From IMG/VR virus record IMGVR_UViG_3300009993_000002: 64,000 nt of DNA; one strand, 5' to 3'. A program made the position numbers and the translations under genes. This document shows, in pieces, positions 9,301 through 17,882 of the stretch. Source of the stretch: an uncultured virus (IMG/VR IMGVR_UViG_3300009993_000002). Its lineage: Duplodnaviria; Heunggongvirae; Uroviricota; Caudoviricetes. Position 1 is the first letter of the stretch. Every line of letters starts with the position of its first letter. Below the pieces are notes generated by a model. The model was not told the origin of the DNA. It did not search any database and saw only the letters and a program-made list of their open reading frames with translations.

Positions 9301-11586
9301 GAAATTCTCAAGGCCGAGGGCGTCATCGATCAGACCACCGACGCCCTCGGCGAGAACACGGCAGCTCTCGGTGAGAACACCAAGCAGTGGCTGCTCGACA
9401 CCGCCCAGGCGGCGGTCGAGGCGTCCAAGCTCGCTGACGGAAGTGACCTGAGCCGCCGATCCCTGGAGCAGCTTGGCGAGGCCGGAGTCAACGTCGGCGA
9501 TCTGCTGGAACTCTCCCTGACGCAGCCCGACGAAGCACTCAGCCAGCTCGACGCGGCGCTCAGGGAAGTCGGCAAGACAGCCGACAACTACGCGCCTGCT
9601 GGTACCAGCAGCAAGCTGGCCGATCAGATCAACGGAGAGGCCGCTTCCGCCATCCGGCTGAAGAACTTCCTGGAGGCTCTGCGCACGACGATCTCCTCCG
9701 AGGACAGTGCGGCCACGAAGCTCTCCATCACGAAGGGCCTCCTGGCCGACGCGCTCGACGACACGGGCACCTCGGCCAGCTCGGCGAGCGGGCAGATCAA
9801 GCTGACGAAGGACGCCCTGGAAGACCTCGACACCACGGGCGAGGAAGCACAGCAGGCGATCGACCAGCTTGCCCAGTCGTTCGAGAAGTTCGGCACTCCG
9901 CTGGACGCCTTCAAGTCGGCGGCCGAGTCGGCGTTCGGCAAGGCCGAGGATGCGATCGACAAGTTCTCGCTGAAGACCAAGGGCGGCCTGGACGCCTATA
10001 TCAAGGAACTGGAGAAGATCGCCAAGGCTCAGCGCGACTGGTCGGCGAACCTGATCAAGATCTCCACGACCCTCGGGCCAGAGGTTGCCGAGCAGTTCCG
10101 CAAGCTGGGCCCGGAGGCGGCGCCCGCCGTTGCCGAGCTGGCCAACCTGTCTGTTGCCGAGCTGAAGAAGCTGGGCCCGCGCCTGGCCGAGATCGGCGGA
10201 GACGCCACCAGCAACCTCGCGGCGGCCATCATCCAGAACTCGGGCAAGATCGAGAATGCCACGCTTCAGGCGAGGACCGTCATTGCCAACCTCTTCGAGA
10301 AGGCGATCGACAGCTCCAAGACGTCGGACGAGTTCGCCAAGGTGTCAACGCAGTACCAGGGCCTGCTGACGAAGCTCTCCGGCCTGAAGGGCGTGAAGAT
10401 CGATATCAGCGCCAACGACGCCAAGGCGCTGAAGTCCCTGAAGGACGTGGAGACCTTCATTGACCTGGTCGGCGCGAAGAAGATCAAGCCCGAGGTCGCG
10501 ATTGACATCATCAAGGCGCAGGGGGACCTGGGCAAGCTGACCACCCTGCTGAAGACCGCCGAGGCGAACGGCTCGCTCGACGCCAAGGGCAAGGCGTACC
10601 TCCAGGGCGAGATCTACACCATGCAGCTCACCCAGCTCACGGCAATGATCAAGGACTTCGAGCTGCGCAAGCAGCTCGACGCCGAGGGCAAGGCCACCCT
10701 GAGCGATGAGCTGTACCGCCAGAAGGTGCTCGCCCTGACCGAGTTCCTGGCCTCCTCCGAGGGGCAGGGCCTGCTCAACCCCAAGGGCAAGGCCCAGCTC
10801 GACGACAAGGCGTACCGCGCGCAGATGGAGGCCCTGGCCGGTCTCATCCTGGGCGAGGAGGCGGCCGGGAAGTTCGACGTCAACGGTGACGGTGACCTCG
10901 ACGACGACGAATTCAAGGCCCTGCTGGAGGCCCTGAAGGCGGCCGTCGCCAAGGCGAACCGGGGGCAGCTCGACCCGAAGGGAACCGTCACCCTGGCAGG
11001 TGTCGGCAACTTCAACCGCCAGCTCGGCGGGATCGTCCAGGCCGCCTACACCGCTGGCGGCCGGATCACGAACGCACTGACCCGGCAGGCCACCGTGTCG
11101 GTGGGCTACTACTACTACGCCAAGAACAGCCCGCCGAAGGTCGCCGCCGCCGCAACCGGTGGATGGATCAACGGGCCTGGCGGCCCGACCTCCGACTCGA
11201 TTCCCGCGATGCTCTCGAACGGCGAGTTCGTGGTGAACGCGGCGGCGGCCCGGCGCTTCGGCGCCCTGCTGGAGGTCATCAACCGGTCCGGCGGGCGTGG
11301 GTTCTCCAACGTGGTCAGCAGGATGATGGACGATTTCGGCGTCACGGGAGGCGCCCGCCAGGTCAAGGTCCGCCAGTCGGCTGGCAGCAACATGATGCTC
11401 GGCGGCAACCAGGCAATCCAGCAGGTCCCGCCGGAGTCGGTGTCGGTGTTCACCGCTCGCTTCGTTCCGCAGAACACCGGGCCGACGAACGTCTTCAACA
11501 TCAACAACCAGTACCCGCAGGCTGAGCCCACGTCGACTACGATCAACCGGTCCCTGGCGTACGCGGCGACCATCTCGGGGGTGTGA
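6349..11586 (+). CDS. Tape measure protein (1745 aa)
   Basis: Long Ala-rich helical ORF with TP901-like core and C-terminal 'ATGGWINGPGGPTSDSIPAMLSNGEFVVNA'. Confidence 0.95.
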   Translation: MATSFDATARINLDIRAFAQGAQAVTKSGGEMEKVFSNLNSVLSKVANVESGLAAKLRTSLTVYNQIATATKNYASAVQALQKNEASGANGAKLMTQAFQQLRSALAQVQGISEKEYQRLNRTVTLYTKMAAAINALASAQKSMSSITQNAISAQQKEEQAKRKAAETSQRLALEEQKLSLQREKLAQSAQRIAQQEQALANSRARVAQATQNANQSTVSFSGSTFALRNTVGELESAFQSLFNVLTKIPTAFASAAISQEAAFAQVARVVGETEAASVGLLARFQEIAQQAPISFEEVARIGQLGAAIGISSQNLGDFTDTIVKFSLTTGVASEEATILLGRIAQMQNVPVSEIDQLGSAILALGTASAATDQEILRVNASIATVSNLFGLTAQQTAGLSAALATLQVRPELSRGALTRVFNELSLAVSDGGTELSKLATVMGMTDEEVTKLFNNPGTRGDFLLAFIQGLSRAAGVGGDVQGVLRELGVNAVRDIDVFSRLANNVDIVSESFDRANLEFARGTELNRQSKGIYETTSAELQNLSDAFKTLLATLGGPLATAIGGVAANLAEVIGFFAHLGPVVPIVGTLTAVVISAGAAWALYQLALSKTIQSLIATRELQARLGVTTLNAKTAFDVYRGSALGAAQATTTATQSVSAYTSATGRLAVATAQATTSYRANLITNQQAAVAATQAVAGTNAQARAVSGALPGFRAYAIATDFAAQATARNTAAQVASVPTTRALANAAALAAVPLRQQATATAANTAAQAAFRTGTFASATSMQQYAASANTAVLAQRGLATQTALTNTAVTAGAANTARATTAIASTGIAARAAAFAFGPWGLAISTAAILLGPLIGKMFDFRSESERIASAAFEASGGTTALANAIKADTDAAVKAAGSVKNYNEAVRNGSQEALNSIGVYRTITTTKSDLADADQKSAEAARAQAREQIRAIEATKGSKEALEAQAEGHGTGAQAAARYLREILKAEGVIDQTTDALGENTAALGENTKQWLLDTAQAAVEASKLADGSDLSRRSLEQLGEAGVNVGDLLELSLTQPDEALSQLDAALREVGKTADNYAPAGTSSKLADQINGEAASAIRLKNFLEALRTTISSEDSAATKLSITKGLLADALDDTGTSASSASGQIKLTKDALEDLDTTGEEAQQAIDQLAQSFEKFGTPLDAFKSAAESAFGKAEDAIDKFSLKTKGGLDAYIKELEKIAKAQRDWSANLIKISTTLGPEVAEQFRKLGPEAAPAVAELANLSVAELKKLGPRLAEIGGDATSNLAAAIIQNSGKIENATLQARTVIANLFEKAIDSSKTSDEFAKVSTQYQGLLTKLSGLKGVKIDISANDAKALKSLKDVETFIDLVGAKKIKPEVAIDIIKAQGDLGKLTTLLKTAEANGSLDAKGKAYLQGEIYTMQLTQLTAMIKDFELRKQLDAEGKATLSDELYRQKVLALTEFLASSEGQGLLNPKGKAQLDDKAYRAQMEALAGLILGEEAAGKFDVNGDGDLDDDEFKALLEALKAAVAKANRGQLDPKGTVTLAGVGNFNRQLGGIVQAAYTAGGRITNALTRQATVSVGYYYYAKNSPPKVAAAATGGWINGPGGPTSDSIPAMLSNGEFVVNAAAARRFGALLEVINRSGGRGFSNVVSRMMDDFGVTGGARQVKVRQSAGSNMMLGGNQAIQQVPPESVSVFTARFVPQNTGPTNVFNINNQYPQAEPTSTTINRSLAYAATISGV

Positions 11587-11589
11587 CAG

Positions 11590-12432
11590 ATGGCCACCGC
11601 CTACAAGATCAACGGATACACCATCGGCGGAAACGCCATCACGCAGGGCATCTACCTGCTCGGGGGCACGGAGTACGCTCCGGCCCTGGCGCCGCGCCGT
11701 GCGGTCATCGAGCCGCCGAACACCCACTACTCCATCCCCCAGTGGAACGACCCCCTGTCGCAGGTCACGGTGGCCCTGAAGGTGCGCATCGTCGACCTCA
11801 CCCCAGAGACCCTGGCGTCCCGCTGGAACACCCTGATGGGCCTGCTCGGCATGGGCACGAATCAGCCCGTCACGCTGACCCGCGTACGCGGATCGATCGA
11901 GGAGACGGCCGACGCCCAGCTCGTCTCCATGACGACCCCCGACTTCTCCTGCCCGAGCAACCGGGCCGACACGACGATCATCTTCAACATCCCGGGTGGC
12001 GCCTGGCGCGGCGCGGAGACGACTGTCACCTTCTTCAACAGCTCCTCGAACACGCTGGCCAACGCCCTTGCCTCCACGGTTCCCATCGCCGACGCCCTGC
12101 TGCTCCTGAAGGGCCCGGCCACCTCCCTGACGGTCACCGACAACACGTCCGTGACTTCCATCTTCTGGGGAGACGGAAGCTCCTCGGTCAGCTCGGCGCA
12201 GTGGCTCCTGATCGACCCTCGCTACATGAGGGCCCGGATTCAGTCCTCGGAAGTCTGGACATTCACCACCGGAACGAACGTAACCGGCGCCCTGGAATAC
12301 CGTGGCAACGGGCCGCTGACTTTCACCTCGCGCGGCTCCGGATCTTTCGGGAACAGGAGCGGTACATTCACCGTTACAACTGCTGGCGGAAACAACGGAG
12401 TGCAGGTGCGATCCCGGTATGCGGTGGTGTAG
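11590..12432 (+). CDS. Distal tail protein (Dit-like minor tail)
   Basis: Immediately after the tape measure; beta-rich, 280 aa. Confidence 0.7.
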   Translation: MATAYKINGYTIGGNAITQGIYLLGGTEYAPALAPRRAVIEPPNTHYSIPQWNDPLSQVTVALKVRIVDLTPETLASRWNTLMGLLGMGTNQPVTLTRVRGSIEETADAQLVSMTTPDFSCPSNRADTTIIFNIPGGAWRGAETTVTFFNSSSNTLANALASTVPIADALLLLKGPATSLTVTDNTSVTSIFWGDGSSSVSSAQWLLIDPRYMRARIQSSEVWTFTTGTNVTGALEYRGNGPLTFTSRGSGSFGNRSGTFTVTTAGGNNGVQVRSRYAVV

Positions 12433-12435
12433 TAC

Positions 12436-15400
12436 ATGGCCCTGGTAAATACGCTGGTAGTACGGTTCCGCGTTTACGCGCCGAACGGGGCATCGCTGGG
12501 AGTCCTTCCGCATCCACTTTCGTGGGAAGCCGGAATCCCCCTGAACGACATGCCGTCGCTGACGATGACCTACCCCGACGGATCGGATGCGGCGGATCTT
12601 CTGAAGTCGCCCTGCGAAGTAGCCCTTGAGCTGCGTGATCCGGCCACGGGAACCTTCACCGAGCACCCCGGATGCCGGTTCATCAACATCCGTCGATCCG
12701 TGGATCTCGCGGATCGACCGCGCATCATCTCCTTCACCATGCCGTCCTACGGATGGATGCTGAAGAAGGTCCGCTTCATGGACCCGGACAACCCGCGCCT
12801 GAACAAGGACAATCAGGTCTACTACCTGTCCCTGATCAGCCCCGCAACTCCACTCGTTGACATCGTCGCCCTGGCGAAGGCGCGCGGCAATGTGCCCGGC
12901 CTTACTGTTCCCTTCACGCCCATCTTCGACTCCAACGGAGATGGGTGGCCGAACTTCATCAAGAACATCACTTTCGACTACGGGCAGGATGCCTGGTCGA
13001 TTCTCGACACCTTCTCCCGGCAGGGTCTTTTTGACTGGCGGATGAACAAGCGGGCCCTGGAGCTGTTCAAAACTGACGGTGCCCTGAAGCGTCTTCTCGA
13101 TACCGACACGGGCGTCCACATTCACAGCATGCTGGCCACCACCGAAGAACCGGTGGAGCGCACGTGGGAGGAGGTCGCCGGTACGGCCGTGGCCATCGGC
13201 GACCAGGGCCTGACGGCGGGCATGGTCGTCATGCCGGACAACCCGACCAACTACCCCTGGGGCAAGTGGGACGAGGCCATTTCGGCATCGGGCGTCAAGG
13301 ACGTCCAGCTACTTGCCCAGATCACCGACAACCTGCTGGCAACGAAGTACAAGGCGCGCACCCAGTACACGAAGAAGTTCACCTGGACCGAGGGCGCCCC
13401 GGTTCCACTGGTTGACTACCGGCCGGGCGACTTCATCCGCGCCATGAGCGATGCGACCTCCGGTGCCCAGAAGGCGTCGATGCGCATCTACCAGCTCACC
13501 CTCTCCGGGACGGATCCGTACGGCGTCGGCATCTCGCTCACCCTGAACGACCGTTTCACCGACCGCGCACTCCAGAGCGAGCGCTGGATTTCCCGGGTGA
13601 GCAATGGCGGAGGCCCGGTTGGCGGCGGCGGTACCGGTGCGGGTAACGGCAAGCCGTCCCCTCCGGCCGTCGACACCACCCTGCCGAAGGCACCGGTCCT
13701 GAACTCGGTCACCAATGAGCCGTACTTCAGCTCCATCGGCGACCCGGTGTCGATGGCTGACGTCGCCTTCACGGTGGTCACCCAGGACGTCAACAACCGC
13801 GAGATCGACATGTCGCGGTACATCGTCATGGCCAGGCGAAGCGACTTCAACTGGCAGCAGGCCCGGTCGGTCACGGTGGCACAGCCGGACTCTCCGTCCA
13901 CCGGTCAGGTCATTCACGCCAAGGTGCCACTGCTGGACTCCGGTTACTCCTACGAGTTCCGGGTGCAGGCGGTGCGGCTGTCGGGCTACGTGTCGGCCGC
14001 CTCGAACTCCATCTCGCAGACGATGGGGTATCCGACGGCGGCGCTCGACCGGCCATCGGCGCCGATCCTGTCGAGCAAGCTGAGCACGGTGAAGGCGGAG
14101 TGGAACGGCCTGTCGTTCTCCGGTGCCGCGTACCCGGCCGAGTTCCGCGAGGTGCAGGTCGAGGTCTCGATCAACAACTCCACCTGGTTCCATGCGGGCG
14201 ACATCTTCTCCGGCGGCGCCTCGCTCATCATGAGCGGCAAGGGCGGGGTTCCGACGTGGAATGTCGGCGACACCGTCTACGTGCGCTTCAAGGCGATGAA
14301 CAGCGCATCGGTGATTTCCACCGTTTCCTCGACAAGCTCCATTGTCGTGCTCGGTGTGGTGGGTCCCGACATTGCCGCGAACACCATAACGGCGAACAAT
14401 ATCGTCGCGGGTACCCTCACCGCTGAGCAGATCAAGGCCCACAGTCTTTCGGTGGAAACTCTGGCCGTCGGAAACCCGTCGAACCTGGTTGTCGATCCAA
14501 CGTTTTCCTCGGCTGCGCTCAATACCGCGCGCCTAACGCAGGCCACCGGCTCCTCTGCCGCAGGTGTCGCCTGGTCGATTACGCCGGGCACCGGAATTCG
14601 CATCGACAACAACACGACGGCCAGCACTTTCAACCGTTTCGGGTTCACGAACAACACGCTTGTGAACTACCCGATCCAGACCTCCCCCGGTCCGAGCCTG
14701 AGCAGCAACGAGCTGGCCATTCCCTTCACGCGGCCAGGCAACACCGACGGTGTCGCCACCGGAAGCGTGAAGTGCCGCTTCGTCGTGACGGCGACCGGCA
14801 TCCCCGCCAGCCCCGGCGCGGCCACGATCAACGTCGCCATGCTGGCCCGGCAGTTCCAGAGCAGCGGTGCCCCGATCTCCATCTCGGGCATCATCCGTGC
14901 CGACTTCACCATCTCGGCGAACGGCACGTACACCGTCGAATCCACGACCGGCTGGAACCCGGCGGCCGGAACGGTCAGCTACATCCCCTACCTGTACGTG
15001 AAGTTCGAGAACGGCGTGGGAGTGGATGTTGCGCTGGACTTCTCGCAGATCGAGATCTGGCAGGAGCAGTCGGTCTTCATCGGGAACGGCCTGATCAAGA
15101 CCCCGCTGCTCGCGGCCAACGCGGTGACGACCGACATCCTGAATGCCGACGCCATCACGGCGAAGCATTCGATCAGGTCCGCTTACTACGAGATGGTCAG
15201 CCAGTCGGGCGCCGTCACCGTGAAGATCACGGAGAATGCCAACTACTCGGGCCAGTCCGGAATCAGATGGGACGGACTGATCGGAGCGAGCGGATCCGGC
15301 CCTCGCATTTTCCAGGTGGACGCCTCGGGAACGGGTGGCTGGGATGCGCGCGGCTTCGTCATCTGCGGGCCGGAGGCGACGACAAACTCCTCCGGCCGTG

Positions 15401-15771
15401 TCGACATGCAGCTCGCTTACGGGGTCCAGAACTCCAGGCTTTCACGCACGTACGGAACAGAGACGATCAGCTATCAGGGCATCTACTGGGATTCCTCTGT
15501 GGCCCGTTTCCGTATCGGCGGCATGTTCAACACGGGCCATTTCAACAATGACATGTTCCGCATGGACCGCATCGGATTCCAGAACGGCACGTACTCGTAC
15601 GGGATCGTCACGACGCGCAAGTACTACCCGGTCCTGTGCCCGAACGGCGGGTCCACCGCCGTCACAAGTTCGATCGTCACCTTCCCCAGTGGAACTGAGG
15701 GTGGATTCCAGTACGTTTCCAGCACTGGTGTGAGCGAGGTATTCTTCATCGCCATGTGCGGAACCCCGTGA
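12436..15771 (+). CDS. Tail tip hub/central fibre with FN3-like domains
   Basis: 1111 aa; FN3-like 'LDSGYSYEFRVQAV'; 'IAANTITANNIVAGTLTA' repeats flanking a beta-rich insert. Confidence 0.8.
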   Translation: MALVNTLVVRFRVYAPNGASLGVLPHPLSWEAGIPLNDMPSLTMTYPDGSDAADLLKSPCEVALELRDPATGTFTEHPGCRFINIRRSVDLADRPRIISFTMPSYGWMLKKVRFMDPDNPRLNKDNQVYYLSLISPATPLVDIVALAKARGNVPGLTVPFTPIFDSNGDGWPNFIKNITFDYGQDAWSILDTFSRQGLFDWRMNKRALELFKTDGALKRLLDTDTGVHIHSMLATTEEPVERTWEEVAGTAVAIGDQGLTAGMVVMPDNPTNYPWGKWDEAISASGVKDVQLLAQITDNLLATKYKARTQYTKKFTWTEGAPVPLVDYRPGDFIRAMSDATSGAQKASMRIYQLTLSGTDPYGVGISLTLNDRFTDRALQSERWISRVSNGGGPVGGGGTGAGNGKPSPPAVDTTLPKAPVLNSVTNEPYFSSIGDPVSMADVAFTVVTQDVNNREIDMSRYIVMARRSDFNWQQARSVTVAQPDSPSTGQVIHAKVPLLDSGYSYEFRVQAVRLSGYVSAASNSISQTMGYPTAALDRPSAPILSSKLSTVKAEWNGLSFSGAAYPAEFREVQVEVSINNSTWFHAGDIFSGGASLIMSGKGGVPTWNVGDTVYVRFKAMNSASVISTVSSTSSIVVLGVVGPDIAANTITANNIVAGTLTAEQIKAHSLSVETLAVGNPSNLVVDPTFSSAALNTARLTQATGSSAAGVAWSITPGTGIRIDNNTTASTFNRFGFTNNTLVNYPIQTSPGPSLSSNELAIPFTRPGNTDGVATGSVKCRFVVTATGIPASPGAATINVAMLARQFQSSGAPISISGIIRADFTISANGTYTVESTTGWNPAAGTVSYIPYLYVKFENGVGVDVALDFSQIEIWQEQSVFIGNGLIKTPLLAANAVTTDILNADAITAKHSIRSAYYEMVSQSGAVTVKITENANYSGQSGIRWDGLIGASGSGPRIFQVDASGTGGWDARGFVICGPEATTNSSGRVDMQLAYGVQNSRLSRTYGTETISYQGIYWDSSVARFRIGGMFNTGHFNNDMFRMDRIGFQNGTYSYGIVTTRKYYPVLCPNGGSTAVTSSIVTFPSGTEGGFQYVSSTGVSEVFFIAMCGTP

Positions 15772-15777
15772 GGAACT

Positions 15778-16548
15778 ATGACAGCAATTGACGTGATTCG
15801 GCACGTCGTCCGACCACACCAGCCGGTCGATGGCGAAGAGTACGACCCGTCGCACGACATGCTGATCGTCGTGCACAAGAATCCCAACGACCCGGACGAC
15901 CCTACGGAGTGGGGGCACCACATCCGGCTCCAGGGCCTGTCGTACCGCAAGGAGATGTGGGGCCTGCCGGACTACGCCAGCACCATCGACATGGAGCTGC
16001 GGGATCTGGAGCGGTACTACGACCGGGACGAGGAGACGGACTACGGAGTTCACCCCCTGGCCACCATCACGGGGCACTACTTCGAGGGACCCCGCAGTCG
16101 CATGAAGAGCTTCGCTCCTGACTATGTCTTCGACCGGGTGCAGAGTGCCATGGGCGCGAGGCCGGGCACCACGGACGGCACCGTGCGCATGTGCATGGAC
16201 GTGGTTCTGTCAGGCATCGACGACGTCAAGGGATGTCTGGCCTCCTCGGAGCACCAGACGTTCCCCTGCAAGGGAATGACCGGCCTGTCGGGCGACACGG
16301 TCAAGAAGCGGAAGCAGACGATGGACCGCATGGAGGAGCAGACGCAGCGGATCGAGCTTGTCTCCTCGGGCCCGCTGGATACGGTCCGCCAGCTCCTGAC
16401 CGACCGGGAGTCCGAGCTGGAGACCGCGCGGGACAACTTCGTGAACTACACGCTGATCGAAACCAGCGTGCCGGAGATCATGCGGAAGAGGGTTGTGGAG
16501 ACCGCAGTGAAACGCGGTCTCCTGGAGGAGAAAATGACATGGATGTAG
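15778..16548 (+). CDS. Hypothetical protein
   Basis: GAGG RBS, GC3 bias, cotranscribed with tail genes. Confidence 0.6.
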   Translation: MTAIDVIRHVVRPHQPVDGEEYDPSHDMLIVVHKNPNDPDDPTEWGHHIRLQGLSYRKEMWGLPDYASTIDMELRDLERYYDRDEETDYGVHPLATITGHYFEGPRSRMKSFAPDYVFDRVQSAMGARPGTTDGTVRMCMDVVLSGIDDVKGCLASSEHQTFPCKGMTGLSGDTVKKRKQTMDRMEEQTQRIELVSSGPLDTVRQLLTDRESELETARDNFVNYTLIETSVPEIMRKRVVETAVKRGLLEEKMTWM

Positions 16549-16721
16549 GAACGGTTTCCTCGGAGGATGTGCTGGCTTCGTATGAAGACCAACTCATCGA
16601 GGCGCACAGGAAGATCGCGATGCTGGAAGCTGCGCTGAAGCGGGAGCAGCGCGCTCTTGCCCAGGCACGCATCACGGCGAACTCGCCCGAAGATTTCCAG
16701 GAAGAACCGAGGGAGCAATGA
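16539..16721 (+). CDS. Small coiled-coil hypothetical protein
   Basis: GGAGG RBS; MDVGTVSSEDVLASYEDQL... Confidence 0.5.
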   Translation: MDVGTVSSEDVLASYEDQLIEAHRKIAMLEAALKREQRALAQARITANSPEDFQEEPREQ

Positions 16722-16722
16722 C

Positions 16723-17187
16723 ATGCAGATTCCCCCCAGCGGAGTGACCGCCAAGCTGCCGTTCGAGATCCCCCCGCCCGGAGACCTGCCGACGATCGGC
16801 GGAGTCCGGATCTACCTGACGTTCAGCCAGGACAACCCCTCCGTGCTCTACCCGGCGCTGCGCATCAACGACGAGAACTGGACGCTCTCGCAGAGCGGCG
16901 GCGGCCCGATGAGCAAGACGTACATCTCGCAGTTCCCCGAGTCGCTGCCCGCCCCGCAGCAGGCCGAGCTGTGGCTGAACGAGGGCATCACGCTCCAGCC
17001 CGGCTGCACCGTCACCGCATACGCCTGGGGCGCCCAGACCGAGTCCGGCACGGGCGCCCTGAACCCGGACGAGGGCGGTCAACCCAGCCTGATGACCGAC
17101 ACTATCGAACTGGGGATGGTCGAGGTCATCACCTGGCAGGAGTGGAACCGCCTCACGGGTGCGAACGAGGGCGCGGAAGGGTCCTGA
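16723..17187 (+). CDS. Hypothetical protein (possible virion accessory)
   Basis: GGAG RBS, last + strand gene of the tail operon. Confidence 0.55.
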   Translation: MQIPPSGVTAKLPFEIPPPGDLPTIGGVRIYLTFSQDNPSVLYPALRINDENWTLSQSGGGPMSKTYISQFPESLPAPQQAELWLNEGITLQPGCTVTAYAWGAQTESGTGALNPDEGGQPSLMTDTIELGMVEVITWQEWNRLTGANEGAEGS

Positions 17188-17701
17188 CGCCACCACCACG
17201 CGGGTAGGCGACGCGGCAGACGGGCAGGTACCGCATCCGCGTCAGGTGCGTAACCGCGTGCCGCAGTGAATCCCTGACGTGGCGCTGGGCGTGCTTGTGA
17301 TCCAGGTGCAGGCCCAGCGCCTCCAGCACCTCGTCGGTGGCCATGTGCTTGGCCTCGACCGGTTCCTGGGCGTGCACAGCCTCGTACAGCCTGCGCTCGA
17401 AGATGACCTGCTCCACGGACCCGATGACCCGCAGGGCCGTTGTGTCCTTGTCGGCGTCGTTGTTGCGCAGATGGAAGTTCTCGTACAGGAGCTGATGCCT
17501 GCCGGGATACCTTTCGGCCCACTCGATGAGCTTCATCGAGGGCATCGAGTCGGGATCCTCCAGGCCCGGGTTGTACGAGATCGTTGCCCAGTCGACCAGC
17601 TCGAACTTCTTCGGCTCGATGCGCAGCAGGCTCATGCCCGTCTGGCCGCCCGGGTCCATGTTGTTCAGGAAATACCCGCGTCGCGGAGTTTCTTCATCCA
17701 T
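17153..17701 (-). CDS. RuvC-like Holliday junction resolvase
   Basis: 'MDPGGQTG' acidic motif, 'LLYENF', C-terminal 'HVRDSLRHA'. Confidence 0.6.
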   Translation of the reverse strand: MDEETPRRGYFLNNMDPGGQTGMSLLRIEPKKFELVDWATISYNPGLEDPDSMPSMKLIEWAERYPGRHQLLYENFHLRNNDADKDTTALRVIGSVEQVIFERRLYEAVHAQEPVEAKHMATDEVLEALGLHLDHKHAQRHVRDSLRHAVTHLTRMRYLPVCRVAYPRGGGVRTLPRPRSHP

Positions 17702-17882
17702 CGGAACCTTGTTCCCCTTTCCTGTAATTGGTGCCTAATGAGCGAAAAGTCATGGCGCTATGTCCACATGTGGCCGGTGCCCGTTACCGACACGTCTGGG
17801 AACCGGCACGCTGTGCAGTACCAGGAGAATGCCGAGACCCGGCAGGTGCGGTACGTACACCTGCCGACTTGCTGGTGCCGGG

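Noticed and set aside
6913..13125. Long - strand ORFs (783 aa, 926 aa) opposite the tape measure and tail genes
   Set aside because: Antisense shadow ORFs expected from high-GC codon bias; no motifs
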